DNA of 32,000 nt from Cylindrospermopsis raciborskii Cr2010. GTDB taxonomy: Bacteria; Cyanobacteriota; Cyanobacteriia; Cyanobacteriales; Nostocaceae. Position 1 is the stretch's first letter, and every line of letters begins with the position of its first letter. Of the stretch, positions 17,568-27,333 are shown one piece after another. Below the pieces are notes generated by a model, which saw nothing but the letters and a program-made list of their open reading frames with translations, ran no database searches and had not been told where the DNA came from. The position numbers were made by a program, and so were the translations under genes. The DNA lies in the NCBI RefSeq assembly GCF_003367075.2, contig NZ_CP065936.1, positions 570,001-602,000 on the forward strand, written 5' to 3'.

Positions 17568-18410
17568 TTAATTTTCCAACTCCTCAATGTTTTTCATGGT
17601 CTGTTGATATAATCCCCTGTTACCCTCTTGGTCAAAAATAGTTGCTGCTTTTTGCAAGTCTTGTAAAGCACGACGTTTATCTCCAGAAGAGGCAAAAGCA
17701 TTACCACGATTATTATAAGCAGGAGCAAACTGTGGATTTAACCGAATGGCTTGATTATAATCAGCGATCGCTTTTGATGTATTTCCCAGACTAGAATAGG
17801 CATTACCGCGATTATTATAAGCAACGGAATAATTTTGGTCAATGCGAATAGCTTGAGTATAATCTTCTAGAGCTGCATTTTTGTTTCCTTGAGCAGCATG
17901 GGAATTGCCTCTATTATTGAAAGCCTCGGCATAGTTAGGCGATAAACGAATAGCTTCGTTATAATCTTCTATAGCACCTTTTTGGTCTCCTAAAAAAGCA
18001 CGAGCATTACCCCTATAGTTGTAAGTTTCTGGGTCATTAGGATTAATTTGCAGAGACTGATTATAATCATTAATTGCTCTTTCTTTATTATTTAAGTCAA
18101 AATAAGCTAAACCACGAGCCTTAAATGCAGGTGCATAGTCAGAATTTAAACTGATAGACTTACTATAAGCAGCAATAGCAGCTTGAAAATTGCCTCTCGA
18201 GTGCTGATTTTGTCCCTGAAGATAAAATGCTCCTGCACCAGAGGTTTTACGGGTGGGACGTTTAGGGGGATTGACCCCTATTTCAGTTACCAAAAGATCC
18301 TGATTGCGATTACAAGAAACGCATAAAATTCCAGTTAACCCAGTAAAGACTAATATTGTGAATATTTTGCCTAGCACTTGCTTATTATGTGTCAATAACT
18401 GCCATTTCAT
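17568..18410 (-). CDS. Tetratricopeptide (TPR) repeat protein, probably exported or lipid-anchored
   Basis: At least six consecutive 34-aa repeats of the form AI.DYN.AI.L.P.YA.AYNNRGNA. The N-terminal hydrophobic segment ends at VSC. Confidence 0.85.
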   Translation of the reverse strand: MKWQLLTHNKQVLGKIFTILVFTGLTGILCVSCNRNQDLLVTEIGVNPPKRPTRKTSGAGAFYLQGQNQHSRGNFQAAIAAYSKSISLNSDYAPAFKARGLAYFDLNNKERAINDYNQSLQINPNDPETYNYRGNARAFLGDQKGAIEDYNEAIRLSPNYAEAFNNRGNSHAAQGNKNAALEDYTQAIRIDQNYSVAYNNRGNAYSSLGNTSKAIADYNQAIRLNPQFAPAYNNRGNAFASSGDKRRALQDLQKAATIFDQEGNRGLYQQTMKNIEELEN

Positions 18411-18447
18411 AAGTTTCTATTAATGACTTTCATATCCTCAAGGGAAT

Positions 18448-18567
18448 TAAGTAGGGAGGCACAATTATTTGTAGGATGGGTCGAGTAACGAGATCCATGC
18501 GGGTGTTGGGTTTCATACTTCAACCCAACCTACGTTCATCTTATATTTAATTCCACCCACTCACTTA
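18448..18567 (-). repeat. MITE-like dispersed repeat, copy C (full length, inverted relative to copy B)
   Basis: TAAGTAGGGAGGCAC ... CCACCCACTCACTTA. The reverse complement is collinear with copy B over the full 120 bp and with copy A over about 85 bp. Confidence 0.75.
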
Positions 18568-18740
18568 CTTTCTCCTAAATTTAACCAAATAATTGATGGT
18601 TTTAATGTATAAACAGTTTCATTCCTAATGTGGCACAATGTTCAATTGATCTGTTATACTGGGAGCAGATGGCAAAAACAGGATTAAACCCCAAGCCATA
18701 ATGAGTAAACTCATATCACAGCTTACCAATCATACTAACT

Positions 18741-18917
18741 ATGCTAGAAAAAAACCTGATGAAATTACCGGGTGAGTCTCAAACTCCCAGATTTCTACAG
18801 AGAATCAACTGGGTTTTTAATCCCGTGCAACTAATGGAAAAATCTGCCCAGGCCTACGGGGATTTTTTTACACTCAAATTATCCAGTCAAGAACCAATAG
18901 TATTTATTAGCATTTAA
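18741..18917 (+). pseudogene. Cytochrome P450 gene remnant (N-terminal ~58 codons only)
   Basis: Below the ORF-track cutoff. Translation is MLEKNLMKLPGESQTPRFLQRINWVFNPVQLMEKSAQAYGDFFTLKLSSQEPIVFISI*. This matches the usual start of cyanobacterial CYP110-type P450s (LPxGPxxP.. L. ..W...P..f......YGD.F......). A full P450 is about 450 aa. None of the three frames continues P450-like sequence after the stop. Confidence 0.6.
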
Positions 18918-19012
18918 GCCTGGTTGATAATATCAAGGTTAAACCTCTCAGGAGAGGTGTTACCCTAGCTCCTTCTGCTGGTAAATGGTTGGTAGCAACT
19001 GGAAAAGCTAAT

Positions 19013-20020
19013 TTATCTACCAATATTGGGCACGAATCTTAAATATGTACCCCCTAAACCTTCTACAATGCTGCGAGTATTTGCATCCATCATTTTTTGA
19101 TAGGTTTCTCCATCACTACCTGGTTCACCCAATCCATCAATATAAAGTGGTCGAGGAAAAATTTTCACTTTTGTTTTTTTGGCAATTGGCGCAAGTAACA
19201 TCAAATTAACTGCTCTATCAGCAAAAATTATTGGTGCTTGGGTTGTTTTAATATATTCAGCTAGACTTTTAGCTTTTTTAGCTGTTAATTTATCTTCATT
19301 GCTGATATCTGGTAAGGTTCCTTTATAATCTAACCCATAGGCCTTGACGTAATAAATCATCGCCCCATGGGTGGTCAGCAATTTCCGTTTTTTGTCAGGA
19401 ATGGTGGAAAGAGTAGATTTAATCCACTGGTTTAATTCTTTTAATTCTCGGGTCAGTTGGCGGGTATTACTATTATATCTCTGTTGATTTTCCGGTGATA
19501 TTTTGCCTAATTGAAAATTCACTACTTCTACCATTTTGATGGCATTTCTCACATCATGCCAAATATGTGGTTCGTTAATAATTTTGCCATTTTGGTGCAG
19601 TTTTTGTGGTTGTTTCACAGCACGTTGACCAACTGATATTTTGGCTATGTTTTTTCGACTATTTTTGAAGGACTTAATTAGGTTAGGCTCAAAATTATAA
19701 CCGTGATATAAAATCAGATCTGCTTTTTTGATGGCTTTGATATCTTCCGGTGTTGGCTGATATATAGGAGGTTCCAAACCAGGAGGAACTAAACAAATTA
19801 GATTGATACTTTCTTTGGCTATTTGGTTAGTAATATCGCAGAGTATGGTTGTAGTAACTACAACTTGGGGTAGATTTTGACTGATCTTTTGATTCTGGTG
19901 ATCTTGAGTATAGTTATTATTTAGATTCCTATGATTACAACCTAAAATTGCTAGTATTATTGGTAGGCCAATTGGTAAACAAATATTGCAAAACTTACAA
20001 TTTAACAACTTATTCATCAC
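19013..20020 (-). CDS. Metal ABC transporter substrate-binding lipoprotein (ZnuA/PsaA/TroA cluster A-I family), orphan and atypical
   Basis: Lipobox AILGC. VVVTTTILCDITNQIAKESINLICLVPPGLEPPIYQPTPEDIKAIKKADLILYHGYNFEP, NEPHIWHD, LLTTHGAMIYYVKAYGL and PLYIDGLGEPGSDGETYQKMM are collinear with PsaA/ZnuA-type proteins. No cognate permease or ATPase gene is adjacent. Confidence 0.75.
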   Translation of the reverse strand: MMNKLLNCKFCNICLPIGLPIILAILGCNHRNLNNNYTQDHQNQKISQNLPQVVVTTTILCDITNQIAKESINLICLVPPGLEPPIYQPTPEDIKAIKKADLILYHGYNFEPNLIKSFKNSRKNIAKISVGQRAVKQPQKLHQNGKIINEPHIWHDVRNAIKMVEVVNFQLGKISPENQQRYNSNTRQLTRELKELNQWIKSTLSTIPDKKRKLLTTHGAMIYYVKAYGLDYKGTLPDISNEDKLTAKKAKSLAEYIKTTQAPIIFADRAVNLMLLAPIAKKTKVKIFPRPLYIDGLGEPGSDGETYQKMMDANTRSIVEGLGGTYLRFVPNIGR

Positions 20021-20030
20021 AATTATTTTA

Positions 20031-20115
20031 AGTAGGGAGGCACGATTATTTATAGGATGGGTTAGCGGTAGGGTAAACCATTACGTTCATGTTTAATTCC
20101 ACTCACCTACTTATC
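20031..20115 (-). repeat. MITE-like dispersed repeat, copy D (internally deleted, 85 bp)
   Basis: It has the same termini as copy C (TAAGTAGGGAGGCAC ... CCACTCACCTACTTA) but lacks the central gttgggtttcatacttcaacccaac hairpin module. Confidence 0.65.
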
Positions 20116-20157
20116 CTATTTATCTTTACATAGTTTGGTCTTTTAACGCCAACTTAC

Positions 20158-21243
20158 TTAGTCTATAACTTCACACTGGGAATTATTAGATGACCAAATA
20201 ATTAATTCCCCTTGGTCTCCACCCGCTGCCAAAAATTTGCCTTGGGGTTCCCAAGCTAGGGTAGAAAAACCTTCAGTTACACCTGACAAAATTTCCCATA
20301 CTTGAAAATTTTCATCCCATAAACACAACCAACCATCAGCACCAGCAGAAGCAAGTACTAACTCATTATTTGGCAATCTATAATTTAAGGACTGGGGTGG
20401 GTGGGCGATCGCAGTTACAATGTCGAAGTGATTAGTCAAAATTGTTGACTCCCAACCTACAGATTCATCAACAGATTTATGCCACATTACTACACCTTCT
20501 ACACTGGCACAAGCTAAGATGGGATCTCCTGTATCACTTGTTCTATTAGACCAAGCCAATTGACGAATTTTGCCAGGAAAACCACGCATTAGCCAGGGAT
20601 CGGGATTTTCCCACTCTAATACTGCGATACTACGATCCATATTTGCTGAAGCCAAATATTTACCGTCACTGGACCATGCCACACCCGTACTGACTGTATC
20701 CGTATACAGTATATAAGGTTCCTCATCCCAATTTTCCCTATTCCAAACCTTAACTCCTTTATAACCGCTAATAGCCAAATACTTTCCATCCTGACGCCAA
20801 TCAATTCCTAAAATTGATGAGTTTTCAAAGTTGAGGGTGACCACCAGTTCCCGCGCATCCACATCCCACACTTGAACATAACGACCTAAACTAAAAGCTA
20901 ATAGATTATTGGTATGGTTCCAAGCCAACTTATCAATCCAAGCTGGAGCGTTTGCTAGGGTTTGAATTAACTCTTTGTCCTTCCAGATTTTTACGTTTCC
21001 ATCCTGACCACCTACAGCCAAATACTGGTCATCAGCTGAGAAACCTCCACAGTCTAGGGATTTACCTGTGGAAGTTTGGAGATTGGTAATTGTTTGGTTT
21101 TCCCAAATGATTACCTCTCCTGATGCGGAGGTGACGGCCAGCTTGTGACCGGATTTAGACCAGTTTAAGGATGTTACATATTCTGTTAGCTTTTCTGAAT
21201 AATGGGTGGTGAATTTTTGCGGTTTGTTAGTGGTGAAGTTCAT
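20158..21243 (-). CDS. WD40 repeat protein (7-8 blades)
   Basis: 361 aa with regularly spaced blade endings VIIWEN, VKIWKD, VQVWDV, VKVWNR, IAVLEW, VVMWHK, LCLWDE and LIIWSS. The gap to the upstream COG0523 gene is 55 nt. Confidence 0.8.
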   Translation of the reverse strand: MNFTTNKPQKFTTHYSEKLTEYVTSLNWSKSGHKLAVTSASGEVIIWENQTITNLQTSTGKSLDCGGFSADDQYLAVGGQDGNVKIWKDKELIQTLANAPAWIDKLAWNHTNNLLAFSLGRYVQVWDVDARELVVTLNFENSSILGIDWRQDGKYLAISGYKGVKVWNRENWDEEPYILYTDTVSTGVAWSSDGKYLASANMDRSIAVLEWENPDPWLMRGFPGKIRQLAWSNRTSDTGDPILACASVEGVVMWHKSVDESVGWESTILTNHFDIVTAIAHPPQSLNYRLPNNELVLASAGADGWLCLWDENFQVWEILSGVTEGFSTLAWEPQGKFLAAGGDQGELIIWSSNNSQCEVID

Positions 21244-21298
21244 ATATGGGAAATATGGAAATTGGGAATATCAATTCTGTTGATGATCTTGGGAGCGA

Positions 21299-22270
21299 TT
21301 ATAGCATACAGGATAAAAAATCTTGTTTTAATTTTGTCCCATCTAGGTTCCTTCCGATAAAAACTAGTTGATTTTTTCTCGGTTCACTATATTTCCAGGG
21401 TCTATCTGGTCTACCATCAAATATCATGTGTACCCCCTGAAAGACAAAACGCTCCTCTTCACCAGCAATATTTAAAATGCCCTTCATGCGAAAAATATCT
21501 TGCCCTTGATTGCGCAATAATTGCCCTAACCAAACATTTAATTTCTCCCCATCTAAGGCACCTGATTCTACTAAAGCTACTGAACCTACGCTATTATCAT
21601 GTTCATGAGTATCTTCACCTAAAAAATTGGGATCTATTTCCAATGCTCTGGCTAAATCAAAGGCTCTCACACCTAATAAGGCATCCATGGATAGTTGGGA
21701 ATTCTGGGTATGGTAAATTTTAGCCATGGCGTTCATGGCACGAATTCGCTTTTCTAATTCCTCCAAAGTTTCTGGGGAAACTAAATCGGTTTTGTTTAAC
21801 AAAATTACATCGGCAAAGGCTATTTGCTCCTGAGCTTCATCCGCTTCCCAATGTTGACAAATGTGTTTGGCATCCACAACTGTTACTACCGCATCTAATG
21901 ATAGTTGATTTTGCATGTCCTCATCTACAAAGAAGGTCTGAATTACAGGCGCAGGATCTGCTAATCCGGTGGTTTCAATCACTAAATGGTCGAACTTATC
22001 CCGCCGTTTCATTAAGTTACCAATGATCCGAATTAAATCCCCACGTACTGTACAGCAAATACAGCCGTTGTTCATTTCAAAGATTTCTTCGTCCGCATCA
22101 ATCACTAGTTGATTATCAATGCCCACTTCCCCAAATTCATTGATGATTACAGCTACTTTTTTACCGTGCTCGTAGGTGAGAATGTGATTCAGTAGGGTGG
22201 TTTTTCCTGCCCCTAAATAGCCTGTTAAAACGGTTACAGGTATGGTAGTCGAGATTTCTGAACCTATCAT
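21299..22270 (-). CDS. COG0523-family GTPase (CobW/HypB/UreG-type metallochaperone, ZigA/YeiR-like)
   Basis: P-loop GYLGAGKTTLLNHIL, metal-binding CxCC motif NGCICCTVRGDL and LLNKTDL are present, followed by a C-terminal CobW_C-like region. 323 aa. Confidence 0.9.
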   Translation of the reverse strand: MIGSEISTTIPVTVLTGYLGAGKTTLLNHILTYEHGKKVAVIINEFGEVGIDNQLVIDADEEIFEMNNGCICCTVRGDLIRIIGNLMKRRDKFDHLVIETTGLADPAPVIQTFFVDEDMQNQLSLDAVVTVVDAKHICQHWEADEAQEQIAFADVILLNKTDLVSPETLEELEKRIRAMNAMAKIYHTQNSQLSMDALLGVRAFDLARALEIDPNFLGEDTHEHDNSVGSVALVESGALDGEKLNVWLGQLLRNQGQDIFRMKGILNIAGEEERFVFQGVHMIFDGRPDRPWKYSEPRKNQLVFIGRNLDGTKLKQDFLSCML

Positions 22271-22295
22271 AATTTATCCATTTATCCCCAGTTTT

Positions 22296-22310
22296 TGATA
22301 ATCATTCTTT
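22296..22310. promoter_or_regulatory. Candidate Fur-family (Zur-type) operator upstream of the COG0523 gene
   Basis: TGATAAT-C-ATTCTTT is compared with the 7-1-7 consensus TGATAAT-N-ATTATCA. The left half is perfect and the right half matches 4/7. It lies 26-40 nt upstream of the start codon at 22270 and overlaps a possible -10 (TATCAA in gene orientation). Confidence 0.35.
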
Positions 22311-22545
22311 TTTTTAACATAAGTTTTGGCAGTTGGGAGCCTTATTTTCTGGGAGGAATCACTTAATTTGTTTGAAGTTTTGTAAAGTTTAGCAACAATT
22401 TGCTCATAGTTGTTGCAGGAGTTGAGATGAAGGTGGTATGCTCACCGGGTGAATGGTAAGTTAAATGTTAAAGAAATATTTAGAGAACTAGAATCTTGTA
22501 CTAACTTTTGTAAAATCTCGGATACTAAGTAGTTGGTCAGTTCCT

Positions 22546-24759
22546 ATGTCTTATCCGTTATACGTCGCTTTTATCTGGCATCAACATCAACCACTGTATA
22601 AGTCACCCGCTAATAACCACTATCGTTTGCCCTGGGTGAGGTTACATGGCACAAAGGACTATTTAGATTTAATCCTATTACTGGAAAAATATCCTAAATT
22701 GCACCAAACGGTAAATTTGGTCCCGTCTCTAATTCTCCAGTTGGAAGATTATATTAAGGGTGATGCTTTTGACCCCTATCTGACGGCCAGTTTGACCCCT
22801 GTGGAAAATTTGACCATAGAACAGAAAGAATTCATTATCCAACACTTTTTTGATGCTAATCACCACACTTTAATTGACCCCCATCCCCGTTATGGACAGT
22901 TATACCACCAAAGACAGGAAAAAGGACAGAACTGGTGTTTGTCAAATTGGGAATCGGCGGATTACGGCGATTTATTGGCTTGGCATAATTTGGCTTGGAT
23001 TGATCCCCTATTTTGGGATGACCCGGAAATTTCAGCTTGGTTAAAACAGGGACGGGATTTTACTTTGGGCGATCGCCAAAGGATCTATTCTAAACAGAAA
23101 CAAATACTAAGTCGCATTATTCCTCAACATCGGAAAATGCAGGAAACCGGACAGTTGGAGGTGACTACTACTCCCTATACCCATCCCATATTACCCCTAT
23201 TAGCAGATACTAATGCTGGAAGGGTGGCGGTTGGAAATATGACATTGCCCAATTCTCGGTTTAACTGGGCCGAAGATATTCCTCGTCATTTACAAAAAGC
23301 CTGGGATTTCTACCAAGAAAGATTTGGAAGGGTGCCAAGGGGTTTATGGCCTTCGGAGCAGTCCGTTAGTCCGGAGATTTTGCCCTATGTGATAAAACAA
23401 GGATTCAAGTGGATTTGCTCGGATGAAGCGGTTTTGGGTTGGACTACAAGACATTTTTTCCATCGGGATGGAGCGGGAAATGTCCAGGAACCGGAACTAC
23501 TATATCGTCCCTATAGATTACAAACTCCCGAAGGTGAGGTGTCTATTGTTTTTCGGGATCATAGATTATCGGATTTAATCGGGTTTACCTATAGTTCTAT
23601 GCAACCTAGGCAAGCGGTTGCCAACTTGGTTGGACATTTAGAGGCAATTTCTAGACAGCAAAGAGAGAGGTCAACTGAACAACCCTGGTTGGTCACTATT
23701 GCTTTGGATGGGGAGAATTGCTGGGAATTCTACCCGGAAGATGGCAAACCCTTTTTAGAAACTCTATATCAAACCCTAAGTCACGAACCTAATATTCAAC
23801 TAGTAACGGTTTCTGAATTTTTAGACAAGTATCCTCCTACAGCGACTATTAATGGAGACAGGTTACATAGTGGTTCATGGGTAGATGGTAGTTTTACCAC
23901 TTGGATAGGAGATCCGGTAAAAAACCGAGCTTGGGATTATCTTGTTCAAGCTAGACAAACTTTGGCCAGACACCCGGAAGCTACGGAAGAAAATAATCCC
24001 GCCGCATGGGAGGCTTTATATGCTGCTGAGGGATCGGACTGGTTTTGGTGGTTTGGTGAAGGACATTCATCAAATCAAGATGCCATATTTGACCAGTTAT
24101 TTAGAGAGCATCTTTATGGCATTTATAAAGCACTAAATGAACCCATACCTGCTTATTTAAATTCGCCCCTAGAACTGCATGAAGTGAAAGCGGACCGTCG
24201 CCCAGAAAGTTTTATTCATCCAGTTATTGATGGTAATGGGGATGAGCAAGATTGGGACAAGGCTGGTAGGGTAGAAGTGGGTGGTGCTAGAGGAACAATG
24301 CACCAAAGTAGTCTAATCCAGCGTCTTTGGTATGGGGTAGATCACCTCAACTTCTATTTGCGAGTGGACTTTAAAAATGGACTTACTCCAGGAAAGGAAT
24401 TGCCACCGGAATTAAATTTACTGTGGTACTATCCAGACAGACCAATGGTGAACAGTTCCATACCTCTAGCGGAGGTTCCGGATATGGCTCCGGTTAATTA
24501 TTTGTTCCACCATCACCTAGAAATTAATTTGATTTCCCAAGCAGTTCAATTTCGGGAAGCTGTAGAGAATTATCAATGGTTACCCCGTGCTAGTCGCGCT
24601 CAGGTGGCTTTAAATACCTGTTTGGAGGTAGCAGTGCCATGGGTAGATTTACAGATTCCTCCTGATTATCCTCTGCGGTTAATTTTGGTTTTGGCTGATG
24701 ATGGCTGTTTTCATAGTTATTTACCAGAAAACGCCCTGATTCCTATCGAGGTTCCCTAA
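22546..24759 (+). CDS. Glycoside hydrolase family 57 protein (alpha-glucan-active enzyme)
   Basis: 737 aa. The N-terminal FIWHQHQPLYK...RLPWVRLHGTKDYLDL and later TTPYTHPILPLL and LDGENCWE motifs are characteristic of GH57. Confidence 0.85.
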   Translation: MSYPLYVAFIWHQHQPLYKSPANNHYRLPWVRLHGTKDYLDLILLLEKYPKLHQTVNLVPSLILQLEDYIKGDAFDPYLTASLTPVENLTIEQKEFIIQHFFDANHHTLIDPHPRYGQLYHQRQEKGQNWCLSNWESADYGDLLAWHNLAWIDPLFWDDPEISAWLKQGRDFTLGDRQRIYSKQKQILSRIIPQHRKMQETGQLEVTTTPYTHPILPLLADTNAGRVAVGNMTLPNSRFNWAEDIPRHLQKAWDFYQERFGRVPRGLWPSEQSVSPEILPYVIKQGFKWICSDEAVLGWTTRHFFHRDGAGNVQEPELLYRPYRLQTPEGEVSIVFRDHRLSDLIGFTYSSMQPRQAVANLVGHLEAISRQQRERSTEQPWLVTIALDGENCWEFYPEDGKPFLETLYQTLSHEPNIQLVTVSEFLDKYPPTATINGDRLHSGSWVDGSFTTWIGDPVKNRAWDYLVQARQTLARHPEATEENNPAAWEALYAAEGSDWFWWFGEGHSSNQDAIFDQLFREHLYGIYKALNEPIPAYLNSPLELHEVKADRRPESFIHPVIDGNGDEQDWDKAGRVEVGGARGTMHQSSLIQRLWYGVDHLNFYLRVDFKNGLTPGKELPPELNLLWYYPDRPMVNSSIPLAEVPDMAPVNYLFHHHLEINLISQAVQFREAVENYQWLPRASRAQVALNTCLEVAVPWVDLQIPPDYPLRLILVLADDGCFHSYLPENALIPIEVP

Positions 24760-24782
24760 AATCTCTAAAATCTATTCATCAA

Positions 24783-24815
24783 AAACGGTGGGGAGATTAG
24801 ATTTCCCCACCGTTT
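24783..24815. terminator. Bidirectional intrinsic terminator between the convergent GH57 gene and clpC
   Basis: Perfect 12-bp stem AAACGGTGGGGA / TCCCCACCGTTT with a 9-nt loop. On the minus strand it is followed by a T-run (TTTTTGAT) that serves clpC. The A/T-extended stem can also serve the + strand. Confidence 0.7.
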
Positions 24816-24861
24816 ACTGATGTTTAAGGTTTAAGGTGTTTAAGTTTTTAAAAACTCCGGA

Positions 24862-27333
24862 CTACAGCTCAATAGTTGGAGCAAGTAACTCCGGACGCTG
24901 TCTAGCTGTTACTTGGACAACACCATTTTCGTCTATGTCAACGTAAGCAATGTCCCCATCTTTGATTCGTCCAGACAGAATCTCTTCTGCTAAACTATCC
25001 TCGAGTAATCGCATAATTGCTCGACGTAATGGTCTGGCACCATAGCTAGGACTATAACCTTCTTGGATTAGACGGTCTTTAAAGCGATCGCTCACTTCTA
25101 AGGCAATACCTTTTTCCGTCAATCGACCAAACACTTCCTTGAGCATGATGTCGGCAATTTCGGTAACTTCAGCCTTGTTCAACTGACGGAAGACAATAAT
25201 TTCATCCAGACGGTTTAAGAACTCAGGACGGAAATACTGTTTGAGTTCTTCATTCACCAGGGAACGAATACGATTGTACTGCGATTCAGCTGCATCTTCG
25301 GCAAACTCAAAGCCAATACCGCTACCACCTTTTTCAATTACCTTAGAACCAATGTTAGAGGTCAAAATTAACAAGGTGTTCTTAAAGTCTACTGTGCGTC
25401 CTTTAGCATCGGTCAAACGACCATCTTCTAAAATTTGCAGCAGCATATTGAATACATCCGGGTGTGCCTTTTCGATTTCGTCGAACAGCACTACAGTATA
25501 GGGACGACGGCGTACCGCCTCCGTAAGCTGACCACCTTCGTTGTAGCCGACGTAACCTGGAGGGGAACCAATTAACTTACTAACGGTATGACGCTCCATG
25601 TACTCGGACATATCCAAGCGAATCATTGCTTCTTCCGATCCGAAGAAGTAAGATGCCAGAGATTTAGCTAATTCGGTTTTACCTACTCCAGTAGGACCAG
25701 AGAAGACAAAACTAGCAATTGGGCGATTGGGATTTTTTAAACCTACACGAGCGCGACGAATGGCTCGAGAAACGGCCTTAACCGCATCCTCTTGACCAAT
25801 AAGACGCTGATGTAGGGTATCTTCCATGTGTAGTAACTTTTCCGATTCGGATTCAGTGAGTTTATTCACTGGTACACCGGTCCAGGAAGCCACAATGTGA
25901 GCGATATCCTCCTCAGTTACTACCGGTTCAACCCCCTCTGCACTGGTTCCATTAGCTTTGTTTTGGGCGATCGACCTAATTTCCGCCTTAATTTCCATTT
26001 CTCTGTCACGCAGTTCTCCCGCACGGTCAAAGTCTTGGGAACGCACAGCATCATCTTTTTCTTTTAATATTTGCCGCAGTTCCTTATCTAACTCCTTAGC
26101 TGCTGGAGGTAACTGAGAATTAATTAGACGAACACGAGAACCTGCTTCGTCAACTAGGTCGATTGCCTTATCTGGCAAATAGCGATCGCTAATATATCTA
26201 TCAGATAATTTGGCTGCTGCTACTAAAGCTTCATCAGAGATTTTTAACTTGTGATGCGCTTCATATCGATCGCGCAACCCATATAAAATTTCTATTGTTT
26301 CATCAACAGAGGGTTCGCCCACCATTACAGGTTGAAACCGTCTTTCCAGGGCTGCATCTCGTTCGATGTGCTTCCTGTACTCATCCAAAGTAGTAGCACC
26401 GATGCACTGTAATTCACCCCTGGCCAAAGCTGGTTTGAGAATATTAGCAGCATCAATAGCTCCTTCAGCAGCACCTGCACCGATTAAGGTATGAACCTCG
26501 TCAATTACCAGGATGACATTACCCGCTTGGCGGATTTCATCCATGATTTTCTTTAGGCGCTCTTCAAATTCCCCACGATACTTAGTTCCTGCTACCAGGA
26601 GACCAATATCTAGGGTAACAACACGCTTATCCTCTAAGATGTCCGGGACATCCTTGTTAGCGATGCGGCTGGCCAAACCTTCAGCAATGGCCGTTTTACC
26701 AACTCCAGGTTCACCAATCAGCACCGGATTATTTTTAGTCCGGCGACCCAAAATTTGAATCACACGCTCGATTTCCTTGGCGCGTCCCACCACGGGATCA
26801 AGCTTGTTATCTACGGCCATTTGAGTCAAATTAGAGCCGAATTCATCCAAGGTCGGGGTTTTTGTGCGACCCGAAGAACCGCCAGGAGTAACTTCTGCAG
26901 TTTCTCCTAACATCCTAATTACTTGGGTTCTCACCTTTGACAAATCTACACCCAGGTTCTCTAGCACCCTGGCTGCTACGCCTTCCCCTTCACGGATGAG
27001 ACCCAACAGCAGATGCTCGGTGCCTATGTAGTTATGCCCTAGTTGGCGTGCTTCTTCTAAGGATAGCTCCAGAACCCGCTTGGCTCGTGGTGTAAACGGA
27101 ATTTCTACAGCCACAAAGCCGGATCCCCGACCTATGATTTTTTCTACCTCAATTCGGGCATCTTTGAGATTGACACCCATTGACTTTAGCACCTTGGCGG
27201 CCACCCCTGTTCCTTCCCCTATCAGACCCAGGAGGATCTGTTCGGTTCCGACAAAGTTGTGACCCAAACGGCGGGCCTCTTCTTGGGCCAGCATGATTAC
27301 CTTAATGGCTTTTTCTGTGAAGCGTTCAAACAT
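24862..27333 (-). CDS. clpC: ATP-dependent Clp protease ATP-binding subunit ClpC
   Basis: It has a double Clp_N repeat and two AAA+ modules (GEPGVGKTA and GPTGVGKTE). The start is moved to [32 protein letters not shown] (ATG at 27333), the usual ClpC N-terminus. The 34 extra codons in the ORF track do not look like protein. Confidence 0.95.
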   Translation of the reverse strand: MFERFTEKAIKVIMLAQEEARRLGHNFVGTEQILLGLIGEGTGVAAKVLKSMGVNLKDARIEVEKIIGRGSGFVAVEIPFTPRAKRVLELSLEEARQLGHNYIGTEHLLLGLIREGEGVAARVLENLGVDLSKVRTQVIRMLGETAEVTPGGSSGRTKTPTLDEFGSNLTQMAVDNKLDPVVGRAKEIERVIQILGRRTKNNPVLIGEPGVGKTAIAEGLASRIANKDVPDILEDKRVVTLDIGLLVAGTKYRGEFEERLKKIMDEIRQAGNVILVIDEVHTLIGAGAAEGAIDAANILKPALARGELQCIGATTLDEYRKHIERDAALERRFQPVMVGEPSVDETIEILYGLRDRYEAHHKLKISDEALVAAAKLSDRYISDRYLPDKAIDLVDEAGSRVRLINSQLPPAAKELDKELRQILKEKDDAVRSQDFDRAGELRDREMEIKAEIRSIAQNKANGTSAEGVEPVVTEEDIAHIVASWTGVPVNKLTESESEKLLHMEDTLHQRLIGQEDAVKAVSRAIRRARVGLKNPNRPIASFVFSGPTGVGKTELAKSLASYFFGSEEAMIRLDMSEYMERHTVSKLIGSPPGYVGYNEGGQLTEAVRRRPYTVVLFDEIEKAHPDVFNMLLQILEDGRLTDAKGRTVDFKNTLLILTSNIGSKVIEKGGSGIGFEFAEDAAESQYNRIRSLVNEELKQYFRPEFLNRLDEIIVFRQLNKAEVTEIADIMLKEVFGRLTEKGIALEVSDRFKDRLIQEGYSPSYGARPLRRAIMRLLEDSLAEEILSGRIKDGDIAYVDIDENGVVQVTARQRPELLAPTIEL

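Noticed and set aside
18924-18936. A perfect 6-1-6 palindrome TTGATA-A-TATCAA that resembles a Fur-family box, near the metal-related genes.
   Set aside because: It lies downstream of both flanking reading frames, not in a promoter. Its spacing is shorter than the 7-1-7 Zur/Fur consensus. Several such AT-rich 13-mers are expected by chance in 32 kb. It is only worth a look if the Zur hypothesis at 22296 holds.
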